A stretch of 64,000 bases of DNA, from the NCBI GenBank assembly GCA_963812605.1, contig CAWEWF010000004.1, forward strand, positions 320,001 to 384,000, given 5' to 3'. Origin of the DNA: an uncultured Verrucomicrobiae bacterium (GTDB lineage Bacteria > Verrucomicrobiota > Verrucomicrobiia > Palsa-1439). Below are positions 21,859 through 30,617 of the stretch, in pieces. Position 1 is the stretch's first letter. Each line of letters begins with the position of its first letter. The translations under genes were made by a program, and so were the position numbers. The notes beneath the pieces are model-generated. The model saw only the letters and a list, made by a program, of their open reading frames with translations, ran no database searches and was not told where the DNA came from.

Positions 21859-23055
21859 TCAGTTGACCGCTCCAATCACGCGCAGGAACGGAACCACTAC
21901 GCGCTCGATGAACGGGGGATGAAACAGCCAGAACACCGGTCCAGCCACGATGATCCAGGTCATCAACCGCTGGCGGATGACGCTGCGGCCCCGACGTTGC
22001 CATCGTCTCTCAAGCAACATCCCCAGTCCTTGCAGAGTGAAATACAATGTCGGAAATCCAAACCCGGCTCGGGCCGGTACCGAGATCACCAATTCATGCA
22101 ATGCGCCCGACGCCAAAAATACGCCGAAGGTCGCCGCGCCCGCGCCGTAACGACGACGGAGCGGCGCAAACCACAGCACCTGCGCGAGATCACGAAAGGC
22201 TGTGTTCCACCGCGCACTCCAAAAATCTCGCAGGGAAGTCGCCAGAATCGGTGCGTGCATGATTGGCGGCACCCGCCACGCCAGTGCCAACAAATGCATC
22301 ACCCCGAAATGCAGCAGGAAGGCCAGCCCAACCCAACCGACCCAGCCAACCAGCAGGCTTTGCCCGGCGGGTAGCCGACGCGCCATCCACCAGACCAACA
22401 GCGCTCCCAGGGCGGTTTTGGTGGTCGCAAATACCCAGTCCAAAGGTCGTGCATCATGTCCCGCACCCGCAAAAGTGCTCGGTGACATTCCGGGCCACAA
22501 CAACCAATAGCCGAGACTGCGGCCGACTCCCATCCGCAGACCACTGCGCCGCGCGCGAATCCACGTGATCCATTTGAAGCCGAAAAACAGGGCCGCGGCC
22601 AGGCTCCACATCCACGCCCAGGCGGGAAGCTTTCTGCCAACTGCCAGGGCGAATCCCAGACCGCATCCTCCCGGCAACCAATCCGATGTTTGCTCCGCAG
22701 GGGTGCTCGCAATTTCACAGCCTCCTTGTCGGCAGTATCGCCGGGCCGCGAACTGGCGGTAACCGCACTCCAGCAGGCGCATCGCACCGGGCGCGCGACT
22801 CATGGCCCACAACGGCCACGCCCACCACACTCGTCGCGCCAGGTAAACCACCGCGCGGGCGCCGCCGATCAACTCGCCCGCGTCGGTCACCAGTTTCATC
22901 TCGTCCGCCGGTTCCGACAGCGGGACGAACCGGAACCCATATTTACCCAGCCAGCGCTGGCCACGCCGCGCCCAGGCCGTGCAGAACCGACATTCGGCGT
23001 CGTAGAACACGCATCCGCCATCTTTGTCAGTTATTTCTGTAATTTCAGAATTCAT
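21859..23055 (-). CDS. Fusion of DCC1/DUF393 thiol-disulfide oxidoreductase and MBOAT (wax-synthase type) acyltransferase
   Basis: N-terminal VFYDAECRFC (DxxCxxC). C-terminal PILATSLRDFWSARWN...FLASGALHEL (MBOAT Asn/His). Single uninterrupted ORF. Confidence 0.8.
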   Translation of the reverse strand: MNSEITEITDKDGGCVFYDAECRFCTAWARRGQRWLGKYGFRFVPLSEPADEMKLVTDAGELIGGARAVVYLARRVWWAWPLWAMSRAPGAMRLLECGYRQFAARRYCRQGGCEIASTPAEQTSDWLPGGCGLGFALAVGRKLPAWAWMWSLAAALFFGFKWITWIRARRSGLRMGVGRSLGYWLLWPGMSPSTFAGAGHDARPLDWVFATTKTALGALLVWWMARRLPAGQSLLVGWVGWVGLAFLLHFGVMHLLALAWRVPPIMHAPILATSLRDFWSARWNTAFRDLAQVLWFAPLRRRYGAGAATFGVFLASGALHELVISVPARAGFGFPTLYFTLQGLGMLLERRWQRRGRSVIRQRLMTWIIVAGPVFWLFHPPFIERVVVPFLRVIGAVN

Positions 23056-23067
23056 GGTCCAAAAAAA

Positions 23068-23590
23068 TCAGCGCAGCAGCGCGCCGACCTTTCCACCCAT
23101 CTTCATTAATTTTCGCAACGTCGCCGGCGGGAGTTTTCCGACATCCGCGTAGCAAGCTGAGGCGGCCTCGAAGAATTCGAGCATCTTCGCCAGTTGCTCC
23201 CGCGCGTATTCGTCCTCTTTCCCCCCGGCCCGTCCCTCTTCCACCGCCTCCCGCAGCAATCCCATCGTCGGTTCCACTTCGCGCCGCATCCGCTCGTGGA
23301 TCACAATCTGGAAAAGCGCCCAGAACGTCCTTGTGCGTCTCGAAATGATCGCGGCGATCCCCCAGGACATGGATCACCTTCACCAGGCCCCAATTCTGCA
23401 ATTCTTTCAGGCTGGTGCTGACGTTGGAGCGCGCCACGGACAAGGTCTGGGAAATCTCCTCCGCGTTCAGCGGCTTCGGCGAGACGAACAGCAGCGCATG
23501 GACCTGCGCGACCGTGCGGTTGATCCCCCAGCGGGTCCCCATCTCCCCCCAGTGCAGGATGAACTTTCTTGTGAGCGGCGTCAGCTTCAT
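23068..23590 (-). CDS. GbsR/MarR family transcriptional regulator (frameshift near 23325)
   Basis: KFILHWGEMGTRWGINRTVAQVHALL...SVARSNVSTSLKELQNWGLV...GDRRDHF, continuing as FWALFQIVIHERMRREVEP. Confidence 0.85.
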
Positions 23591-23616
23591 TTCTGTTATG
23601 ACAGAAATTACAGAAT
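23589..23616. promoter_or_regulatory. Putative GbsR operator palindrome abutting the regulator start codon
   Basis: ATTTCTGTTATGACAGAAAT inverted repeat plus an extra half-site TACAGAA. A similar site occurs at 23033-23051. Confidence 0.6.
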
Positions 23617-23629
23617 TAAATGCAGAATG

Positions 23630-24778
23630 TCAAGCGCCTTTTTCCAGCACGGCTCCGATGATTTCCGCCGGTGTGTCCCAACTGAAACGGGCGGCGTGCC
23701 GGCGTCCGCCTTCGCCCAGCCGTTGCCGCAAGGCCGGATCGGTCATAAGTTGCTGCAAGGCCTTCGCCAGCGCCGCCACATCACCCTCGGCGATGAGTAG
23801 TCCGGTTTCGCCGTCCACGACCGCTTCTGCGGTGCCGCCGCTACGGTAGCCCACGACCGGTTTCCCGTGGAACCCAGCTTCGAGATAGGTAATGCCGAAT
23901 CCTTCCACGCTTTTCGGCAATGTCCGGCTGGTCATGGCGAAGATGTCGCATTGCTGGTACGTGCGCGCGAGGGTGTCGGTGATCTCGCCGAGAGGATCGA
24001 AGGCCACGCCGGCGTTCCGACAGGTTTGTTCCACCCGCCGCAAGTATTCCACGTCGCCCTTGCCGCCAACCTGGTAAATGACCTTCGCCCGCAATTCGGC
24101 CGGCAACAGCGCCAGTGCCTGCGCGGTGTCGAGTTGCCCTTTGCGCGGGTGAACGCGGGCCAGTGTGAGGACGCGGATCTTGTCGTCGCCGGGCTTCGCG
24201 ACTGGACCCGACTGCATGGCGGCCGTACTGCACGAGCAGGGAGCCATGACAATCCGCCCAATCAACGAAGACAGGAAGCTCCGTTCGATCAACGACCGGG
24301 AGAACCGGGAAACCGTCAGCACGCACTCGGCGTGCGGAAAAAAACGCCGGGCCCAGAACCTCCAAAATGGGTTGCGCTCGAACCGCAGCACCTCGGAACC
24401 ATGCAGCAGCGAAAGGATGCGTCGGCATTTGACGCGGCCCAGAGGCAGGAGAATCATAAAGGCCATATGTGCGCCGACGCTCGTAAGCAGCACGGTCGCC
24501 GGCTCCAGTTGCGCCCGCCGCGCGACCAGTTCCCGCGCAAATTGCGTCATGTCCCAAAACCCGAGGCTGCCGCCGGCGCGCAATCGCACGACGGGAAACG
24601 TCTGCTTTTCGGGCGCGCCACGCGTTCCGTAGTCCGGCGCCCACACTTCGACGGTTTGACCGGCACGGTGAAGGGCCGCCGCCAATTCCGCGCTGTACGT
24701 GGCGACGCCGCCGCGAAACGGGGCGAACTCGTGGGTGACGATCACGATTCTCGGTTTTGCGCTTGCGGGTGGTGTCAT
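23630..24778 (-). CDS. Glycosyltransferase family 4
   Basis: VTHEFAPFRGGVATY, LARVHPRKGQ, EGFGITYLEAGFHGKPVV. Confidence 0.9.
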   Translation of the reverse strand: MTPPASAKPRIVIVTHEFAPFRGGVATYSAELAAALHRAGQTVEVWAPDYGTRGAPEKQTFPVVRLRAGGSLGFWDMTQFARELVARRAQLEPATVLLTSVGAHMAFMILLPLGRVKCRRILSLLHGSEVLRFERNPFWRFWARRFFPHAECVLTVSRFSRSLIERSFLSSLIGRIVMAPCSCSTAAMQSGPVAKPGDDKIRVLTLARVHPRKGQLDTAQALALLPAELRAKVIYQVGGKGDVEYLRRVEQTCRNAGVAFDPLGEITDTLARTYQQCDIFAMTSRTLPKSVEGFGITYLEAGFHGKPVVGYRSGGTAEAVVDGETGLLIAEGDVAALAKALQQLMTDPALRQRLGEGGRRHAARFSWDTPAEIIGAVLEKGA

Positions 24779-24898
24779 GCGTGGGCTACCGTCATCTCAA
24801 CAGACTGGCATGGCCCTGCCAACCCAAAAAAGCACTTTCACTTTGGCATGGGGTTTGGTATCAGTCTCGCGACGAACCAAAAATCAGAAGTGTAGTTT

Positions 24899-25828
24899 TT
24901 GATGAGCGTAACTTTGACCGAAAATGATGTGGCCGACCTGAAGGAAGGACTGCGCCGGTGCAGCCCGGAAACGATTGAAGCCGCCATCCGCTACCGCGAA
25001 AACGGCGATGTCGCCGCGATTCCGACCATCGTCTTCGGGATTCTCGACCGCTATCAACCCGCCACGGCAGCGGTAAAACTTTCGGAAGCGAATGAAAATA
25101 CGCGCCTCGTCGAAGACATCGGGCTGGACTCGCTGACGCTCCTCGAAATCGTCCTCTCCATCGAGGAAGTCCTCAAACTACGGATCGAGAATGAGGAACT
25201 TCGTGAAATCCGCACTCTCGGTCAGCTTAACAAGTTTCTCCACGACAAGATCACGGGCGCAACACGCGAAGCGCCCGCCAAGCGTTATACCCGCGAGCAA
25301 ATTGCGCTCGTGCTGCCGCAACAACCGCCCTTCCTGTTCCTCGACGAGGCCCTGCTCAGCGGGGACAGCGTAAAGGCCAGTTACACGATCAAGGGCGACG
25401 AGTTCTTCCTCGAAGGCCATTTCAAGGACGAACCGATTTTCCCGGCTTCGATTGTCTTCGAGGCGATGGGACAGGCCGCGTGCCTCTGGGTGTTGGAAAA
25501 CGGGCCCGCCCGGCTTGGCAAGGAAATCAAGTCGAACCACGTTTTCTTTGCGTCGCTGGATGGCGCACACTTCTATCGCAAGGCCAAACCCGGCGAAAAC
25601 CTGGAGTTCGAACAGAAGCTGGCGAAACTGCGCGAGCCACTGGCGGTTTTTGAGGGAACCGTGACTTCCAACGGCGAGCGGGTCGCCAAAGTCGAGCGTC
25701 TCGTGCTCGCGTTCGGTGAGCAGTTGCTGCCGGGCAGCGCCACGCCGGTGATTGTGCCAGAGTTGGAGGCTCCCGCAACGCTCGCGGTGCCCATCTCCTC
25801 CAACGGCTCGGAAAACGGTCCGTCCTGA
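24899..25828 (+). CDS. Acyl carrier protein fused to FabZ/FabA-like dehydratase
   Basis: ACP motif LVEDIGLDSLTLLEI. Hot-dog dehydratase motifs LPQQPPFLFLD and FLEGHFKDEPIFPASIVFEAMGQ. Confidence 0.85.
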   Translation: MMSVTLTENDVADLKEGLRRCSPETIEAAIRYRENGDVAAIPTIVFGILDRYQPATAAVKLSEANENTRLVEDIGLDSLTLLEIVLSIEEVLKLRIENEELREIRTLGQLNKFLHDKITGATREAPAKRYTREQIALVLPQQPPFLFLDEALLSGDSVKASYTIKGDEFFLEGHFKDEPIFPASIVFEAMGQAACLWVLENGPARLGKEIKSNHVFFASLDGAHFYRKAKPGENLEFEQKLAKLREPLAVFEGTVTSNGERVAKVERLVLAFGEQLLPGSATPVIVPELEAPATLAVPISSNGSENGPS

Positions 25829-25851
25829 TTCCACAGCAATCTATTCCGCCA

Positions 25852-27120
25852 ATGAAGCGTGTCGCCGTCACGGGCCTGGGGTTCATCACCAGCATCGGCA
25901 ACAATCGCGAGCAGGTACTGCGCAGTCTGCAGGAATGCCGCACGGGCGTCGAGCTGTTTCCGGATTTCGCCGCCCCCGAGATTCCCGTAAAACTGGCGGG
26001 TACCGTCAAGGGCTTCCAGTTTCCCACGCCCTACTTCGAGGATTGGATCTACCCGCCGGAATTCCAACTCACCCGCGAGCAGTTGCGACCGATGGCGCCA
26101 AACTCGCTTTACGCCTACTGCGCCATGCAACAGGCGATCGCCGGGGCGAAGCTGGCCCCCGACCTGATCTCGAACCCGCGCACCGGCGTCATGTGCGCTT
26201 CCGGCGGATCGATGTGGCTCGCCTATGACAACCTGCACACCATGCTCACCCGCGGCGTCGCTCGCTGCCAGCCAATGGGGATCATCAATAGCATTCCCGG
26301 CTCGCTCTACATCAATCTCGTCACGGCCTTCAAAATCAAGGGCGGCTCGGCCGGCTTCTCCAGTGCCTGCTCGTCCTCCGCCCACGCGCTCGGCGCCGCT
26401 TGCGACCTGATCCGCCTGGATCGCCAGGACGTGGTCTTCGTGGTCGGCGCGGAGGACTGCAATAAATTCAACATTCTTCCCTTCGCCGGCATTCGCGCCC
26501 TGAGCCTGCAGACCGATCCTCAAAAAACACCCTGCGCCTTCGACGTGAAGCGCGACGGATTCGTCGGCACGGGTGGGGCAACCGTTCTCGTGCTGGAAGA
26601 TCTGGATCATGCGCAACGCCGCGGCGCACCCATTGCCGCGGAAGTACTCGGGTGGGGCCAGTCCTCCGACGGCTATAACGTCATCGCGCCCGACCCCAAC
26701 GGCGATGGCCTGCGACGCGCGATGGAAGCCGCGTTGCAAGATGCGAAGCTGCAAAAGGACGATGTCGATTACATCAACGCGCATGCCACCTCCACGCCTG
26801 CGGGTGACGTCAGTGAGTGCCGCGCAATCCGCACATTATTCGGCAACGGCAAAACCCCGCCGGTCAGCAGCACGAAGAGTCTCACGGGCCACGGCCTGTC
26901 GCTGGCCGGGGCAATGGAAGCCGCGTTCTGCGTCCTCGCGGTGCAGGAAAAGTTTATCCCGGTTTCCGCGCACATTACCCAACTCGATCCGGCCTGCGCC
27001 ATTGTCCCCATCGTCACAAAACCGATCGCCGCCGCGCCGCGCGTCGCCCTCAACAATTCGAGCGGCTTTGGCGGCACCAACGTCTGTCTCGCGATCCGCC
27101 GCTGGGAAAATGGCCGCTAG
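25852..27120 (+). CDS. fabB: Beta-ketoacyl-ACP synthase (FabB/FabF family)
   Basis: Cys-His-His triad in FSSACSSS, YINAHATST and KSLTGHGL; C-terminal NSSGFGGTN. FabB versus FabF is not resolved. Confidence 0.85.
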   Translation: MKRVAVTGLGFITSIGNNREQVLRSLQECRTGVELFPDFAAPEIPVKLAGTVKGFQFPTPYFEDWIYPPEFQLTREQLRPMAPNSLYAYCAMQQAIAGAKLAPDLISNPRTGVMCASGGSMWLAYDNLHTMLTRGVARCQPMGIINSIPGSLYINLVTAFKIKGGSAGFSSACSSSAHALGAACDLIRLDRQDVVFVVGAEDCNKFNILPFAGIRALSLQTDPQKTPCAFDVKRDGFVGTGGATVLVLEDLDHAQRRGAPIAAEVLGWGQSSDGYNVIAPDPNGDGLRRAMEAALQDAKLQKDDVDYINAHATSTPAGDVSECRAIRTLFGNGKTPPVSSTKSLTGHGLSLAGAMEAAFCVLAVQEKFIPVSAHITQLDPACAIVPIVTKPIAAAPRVALNNSSGFGGTNVCLAIRRWENGR

Positions 27121-27931
27121 CGAACCCAGGAAGGTTTTCCTCACCGGCGCCAGTTCCGGCATCGGACTGGAAACGGCCCGACTTCTTGTCCAACACGGCT
27201 GCGAAGTGTGGGGAACATCCCGCGACGTGTCGCGCCTGCCGCAATTGCCGCGCTTCCACCCGGTGCGAATGGACCTGGCCAGTTTCGACTCGATCCGCCA
27301 GGGTTTTGCCATGGCCCAGCGGGAAGCCGGCGCATTCGACGCGCTGATCAACAATGCCGGCGATGGCGCGTTCGGCCCGCTGGAAACGATGCCGGCGCAG
27401 ATGGTGCGCGCGCAGTTTCAGGTGCTGGTCGACGCGCCGCTGGAGTTGATTCGATTGGCGCTCCCGAAAATGCGAGAACGCGGCCGCGGCGTCATCCTCA
27501 ATGTCACCTCGCTCGCCGCGCAGTTCCCGATTCCGTTCATGGCGCCCTACAGCGCGGCGAAATCCGCGCTCAGCCTGTTCACGCAGGGACTGCGGGTGGA
27601 GTTGTCCAACACGTCGATTCACGTCGTCGAGTTGCGGCCCGGGGACATTAACACGCCGTTTCACGAACGGACAAAGAAGGTGGCCACCGCAGCAAGCGCC
27701 GGGGAGCAACGCCGGCTGAAGGCGGTCTGGGATTCGCAAGTCCGCAACATGATGGCCGCGCCGCCGCCTGAGCGCGTCGCCCGGGCCATACTGCGCGCGA
27801 TCACGGCGCCGAACCCGCCACCGTTATTGGTTGTGGGAGGGTGTTTTCAGGCACGGGTAACACCGCTGGCGGCACGGCTCTTGCCGCTTCGATTATTGGA
27901 ATGGGCGCTGCGGCAATACTACCGGCTCTGA
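27110..27931 (+). CDS. Short-chain dehydrogenase/reductase
   Basis: True start at ATG 27110 (MAASEPRKVFLTGASSGIG); LINNAG and YSAAK; overlaps the KAS stop. Confidence 0.9.
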   Translation: MAASEPRKVFLTGASSGIGLETARLLVQHGCEVWGTSRDVSRLPQLPRFHPVRMDLASFDSIRQGFAMAQREAGAFDALINNAGDGAFGPLETMPAQMVRAQFQVLVDAPLELIRLALPKMRERGRGVILNVTSLAAQFPIPFMAPYSAAKSALSLFTQGLRVELSNTSIHVVELRPGDINTPFHERTKKVATAASAGEQRRLKAVWDSQVRNMMAAPPPERVARAILRAITAPNPPPLLVVGGCFQARVTPLAARLLPLRLLEWALRQYYRL

Positions 27932-29069
27932 CGCGGAGCGCCGCAATCGTCCGCACGATATCGCGCGGGTGCATCGGCGGGCAGGCCACTTTCATGGCCT
28001 GACGGACCGCCGCGGGCAGCTCCGGCTGCTTCCGCCACTGCCCCACGATCCGCGCCAGCCCTTCCGGACTGCGAATGAGTTCCGCGAGGCCGTGCTTGCG
28101 GCAGAACTTTACGGTGATGTGTTCCTGCGGCATGATGCCGCCAAGACAGTTCAGCAACAGGGGACAACCGCTGACGATCGCCTCGCTGGTCGTGCCAGTG
28201 CCCGGTCGCGCGACGATAGCCGACACCGAGCGCATCAGCTTGCCGACGTTCGTATTGTGGGGCAGCAGGCGCACCCGCGCCTGTGGGTTGGCCTTCGCCC
28301 ACGCCGAGATTTCGCGTTCGGCGATCTGCGATTTGCCGCAGAGCAGCACCACTTGCGCGTCGCTGTGGCGTTGCTTTAGCGCATCGAGAAAGCGGACGTG
28401 ATTGTGCGCGCCGCGGCTCGAGGCGCTGAGCAGCAAAATGAACTCGTTCGGATCGAGGTCCAACTGCTGGCGGATGAATGCCGCTCGGCCCTCCTCGTCA
28501 GAGGGTTCATCGTAAAAAAACCGGCGCAAGAGAAAGCCCCCGACCTGCGTCTTCTCCGGCGCCATGCCCCAGCGGATGGCGGCCTCGCAGGTTTCGGGAA
28601 CCGCGCCGATGAAAAGATCGGCCGATGGATTCACCCAGTGGCGACTAAAACCGTAGCCGCCCGACAATTCGCCGCAGTAGGTCACGCACTTCACGCGATC
28701 TTCGCCCAATACCTCACGGGCATGGTCGAAGAACGCGTGATTCAAGGAGTCATGCACGCTGAGGAGCACGTCGGGCTGCAGTTCCTCCAGTATCTTGCGA
28801 TACTTTCCCGCGCCCAGCGGCTTGTTCGTGCGAACAATCGCCACGACTTCGAGGAAATTGAAATAGACATGATGCAGGAACGGCGCGGTGCGCTGGATCC
28901 AATTATACAGCCAGACACCGAAAGCGTAGAGTTCGTGCGATTTTTCCAGGGGACGATGAAGCTGCGCCGAAGTATCCAGCGACGGCATCGTCTGGGCCCA
29001 TTCCTGGAAAGCGCGGGCCCGCATGTTGTGGCCCCCCCCTGTGCTCGACGTTAAAAGGACGACGCGCAT
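27801..29069 (-). CDS. MGDG-synthase/UgtP-like lipid glycosyltransferase (GT28)
   Basis: LTSSTGGGHNMRARAF, PDVLLSVH, IVARPGTGTTSEAIVSGCPL, IMPQE. Confidence 0.85.
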   Translation of the reverse strand: MRVVLLTSSTGGGHNMRARAFQEWAQTMPSLDTSAQLHRPLEKSHELYAFGVWLYNWIQRTAPFLHHVYFNFLEVVAIVRTNKPLGAGKYRKILEELQPDVLLSVHDSLNHAFFDHAREVLGEDRVKCVTYCGELSGGYGFSRHWVNPSADLFIGAVPETCEAAIRWGMAPEKTQVGGFLLRRFFYDEPSDEEGRAAFIRQQLDLDPNEFILLLSASSRGAHNHVRFLDALKQRHSDAQVVLLCGKSQIAEREISAWAKANPQARVRLLPHNTNVGKLMRSVSAIVARPGTGTTSEAIVSGCPLLLNCLGGIMPQEHITVKFCRKHGLAELIRSPEGLARIVGQWRKQPELPAAVRQAMKVACPPMHPRDIVRTIAALRVRAGSIAAAPIPIIEAARAVPPAVLPVPENTLPQPITVAGSAP

Positions 29070-29102
29070 AAACGGAGCGGATTATATGATACACCATTCC
29101 TA

Positions 29103-30065
29103 CTACAAGCTTCGAAATGGCTTGCGCCAGACCCAACCCAGCAGCGGGAGTTGTTTCACAATCGCCCCGCAAGACTGTTCATCGCGGTGAAGCGGCGCCG
29201 CAAGCAATAACAGCCCGACCAACAAAATCGTCTGGGTAAAGGTGATGCCCAGCAACAGATAAACGCCAATGTGAAATAGAATCAAGCCGGACCCCCACCA
29301 TCGTTGAAGCGCCGGCCGGAACGCCGCCCAAAAGGCGAACAATTCCACGTACACGGCCACCAATCCGAGCGGCCACCCAAACCAGGGATGGGCGAGGAGC
29401 CAGGGCCCCAGCCAGCTACTGGAGTTCGTTTGCAACAATCGATCCGCGATGATTGACGCAAGACCGGTCGGCAGGAAAAGGTTGTTCTGACCCGCGCCAA
29501 TCTGGTAGATCGCCCCGCCGATCTTTCCCACGCCCGACATCGTATAGGTCAGTAGTACAATCGCCTGGCAAACCCAGAAGATGAGCAAGAAACGTTGTCG
29601 TACTGCCCGACCAGCCGACCGCGCGGGCGCGTTTGGCAAAAACACCAACCAGAAAGCTGTCAACACCCACAGGTGGTAGTTGTGGCTGATCTTGCCAAAC
29701 GAATTGTCCAGCCCCGCAAATTCGAATAGTCCGGCAAACACCAGCGCCCGCGCCCAACGCCTCTCGGGGAAGATTGCGCCAAGAAACGCCGCGACCAGGT
29801 ACCCCGCCAGGATACCCACCCTGCCCACGCGCAACGGCACGGCGTTGAGCCAGCAAACTGGCCAAAGCGCCAGGGTTTCTCGTCGATCCAGGTAGGCCGA
29901 CCAATCGTGCAGTGTGGCCACAGCCATGAACAGGACTGCCACGTAGTAACAGCGCACGACAACTCGCGTGGTGCGAAACGATTCGGTCTGGCGACTCAGC
30001 GTTCCTCGCGGGGCTGGCTGATGGTCGAAACCGAAAAAACGCCGCACCCGCCGAAGGAGGGTCAC
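29103..30065 (-). CDS. Multi-pass membrane protein, HTTM-like
   Basis: About 8 TM segments; NSFGKISHNYH, YTMSGVGK, VYVELFA, ILFHIGVYLLLGITF. Confidence 0.6.
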   Translation of the reverse strand: MTLLRRVRRFFGFDHQPAPRGTLSRQTESFRTTRVVVRCYYVAVLFMAVATLHDWSAYLDRRETLALWPVCWLNAVPLRVGRVGILAGYLVAAFLGAIFPERRWARALVFAGLFEFAGLDNSFGKISHNYHLWVLTAFWLVFLPNAPARSAGRAVRQRFLLIFWVCQAIVLLTYTMSGVGKIGGAIYQIGAGQNNLFLPTGLASIIADRLLQTNSSSWLGPWLLAHPWFGWPLGLVAVYVELFAFWAAFRPALQRWWGSGLILFHIGVYLLLGITFTQTILLVGLLLLAAPLHRDEQSCGAIVKQLPLLGWVWRKPFRSL

Positions 30066-30529
30066 GGCGCTTCTCCCGGCGATACATACTCCGCGAGTGG
30101 TTGGACCTCGTATTGTCCCGTGCGCCAGCGGACCAACGGATCGAAGGTGATTGTCACAAGCTCATACCGGCATGGCGACGGCAGGTGGTTCTTCTCCAAA
30201 ACCTGGCGAATACGCTGTTGCTCGTCGGTTCTTCCCTGCTTCACCGCCAGCCCCAGTTGCTGCACCAGCTCATCGACGGTCACGCTCTGCGGATTCGCCA
30301 CGAAGTCTTCCGCGTCCTGGTAGAAGAGCGGCTGGGTCAATCTTTGCCCATGCGCTTCCTGCAAGCGCACGGCATAGCGCGACTCCGACCCGGGCACCAG
30401 TGGAAACAGGAACCATGAATAAACCGGAAAGACTTCCTGTCGCGGATGCAATGCCGTCGCCAATCCCAGCGCAAAGTAACCCGTCAAAAATAGTGCTACC
30501 CAGCCACGCAAGATTCGGTATGCTGCCAT
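30062..30529 (-). CDS. Membrane-anchored hypothetical protein, coupled to the HTTM-like gene
   Basis: N-terminal TM followed by EVFPVYSWFLF; 4-bp overlap with the downstream gene. Confidence 0.65.
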   Translation of the reverse strand: MAAYRILRGWVALFLTGYFALGLATALHPRQEVFPVYSWFLFPLVPGSESRYAVRLQEAHGQRLTQPLFYQDAEDFVANPQSVTVDELVQQLGLAVKQGRTDEQQRIRQVLEKNHLPSPCRYELVTITFDPLVRWRTGQYEVQPLAEYVSPGEAP

Positions 30530-30617
30530 TCAGTCGTCTCCGTGCCGTCATCCTATCCAAAGCGTACGGCGCGGGTCAGGCTTAAAGTTTTTTTGTGGGC
30601 GGAAATTCCGCGAGACC

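Noticed and set aside
26573-27109. N-terminal extension of the SDR ORF (452 aa call)
   Set aside because: It overlaps the KAS gene out of frame; the Rossmann motif starts right after ATG 27110.
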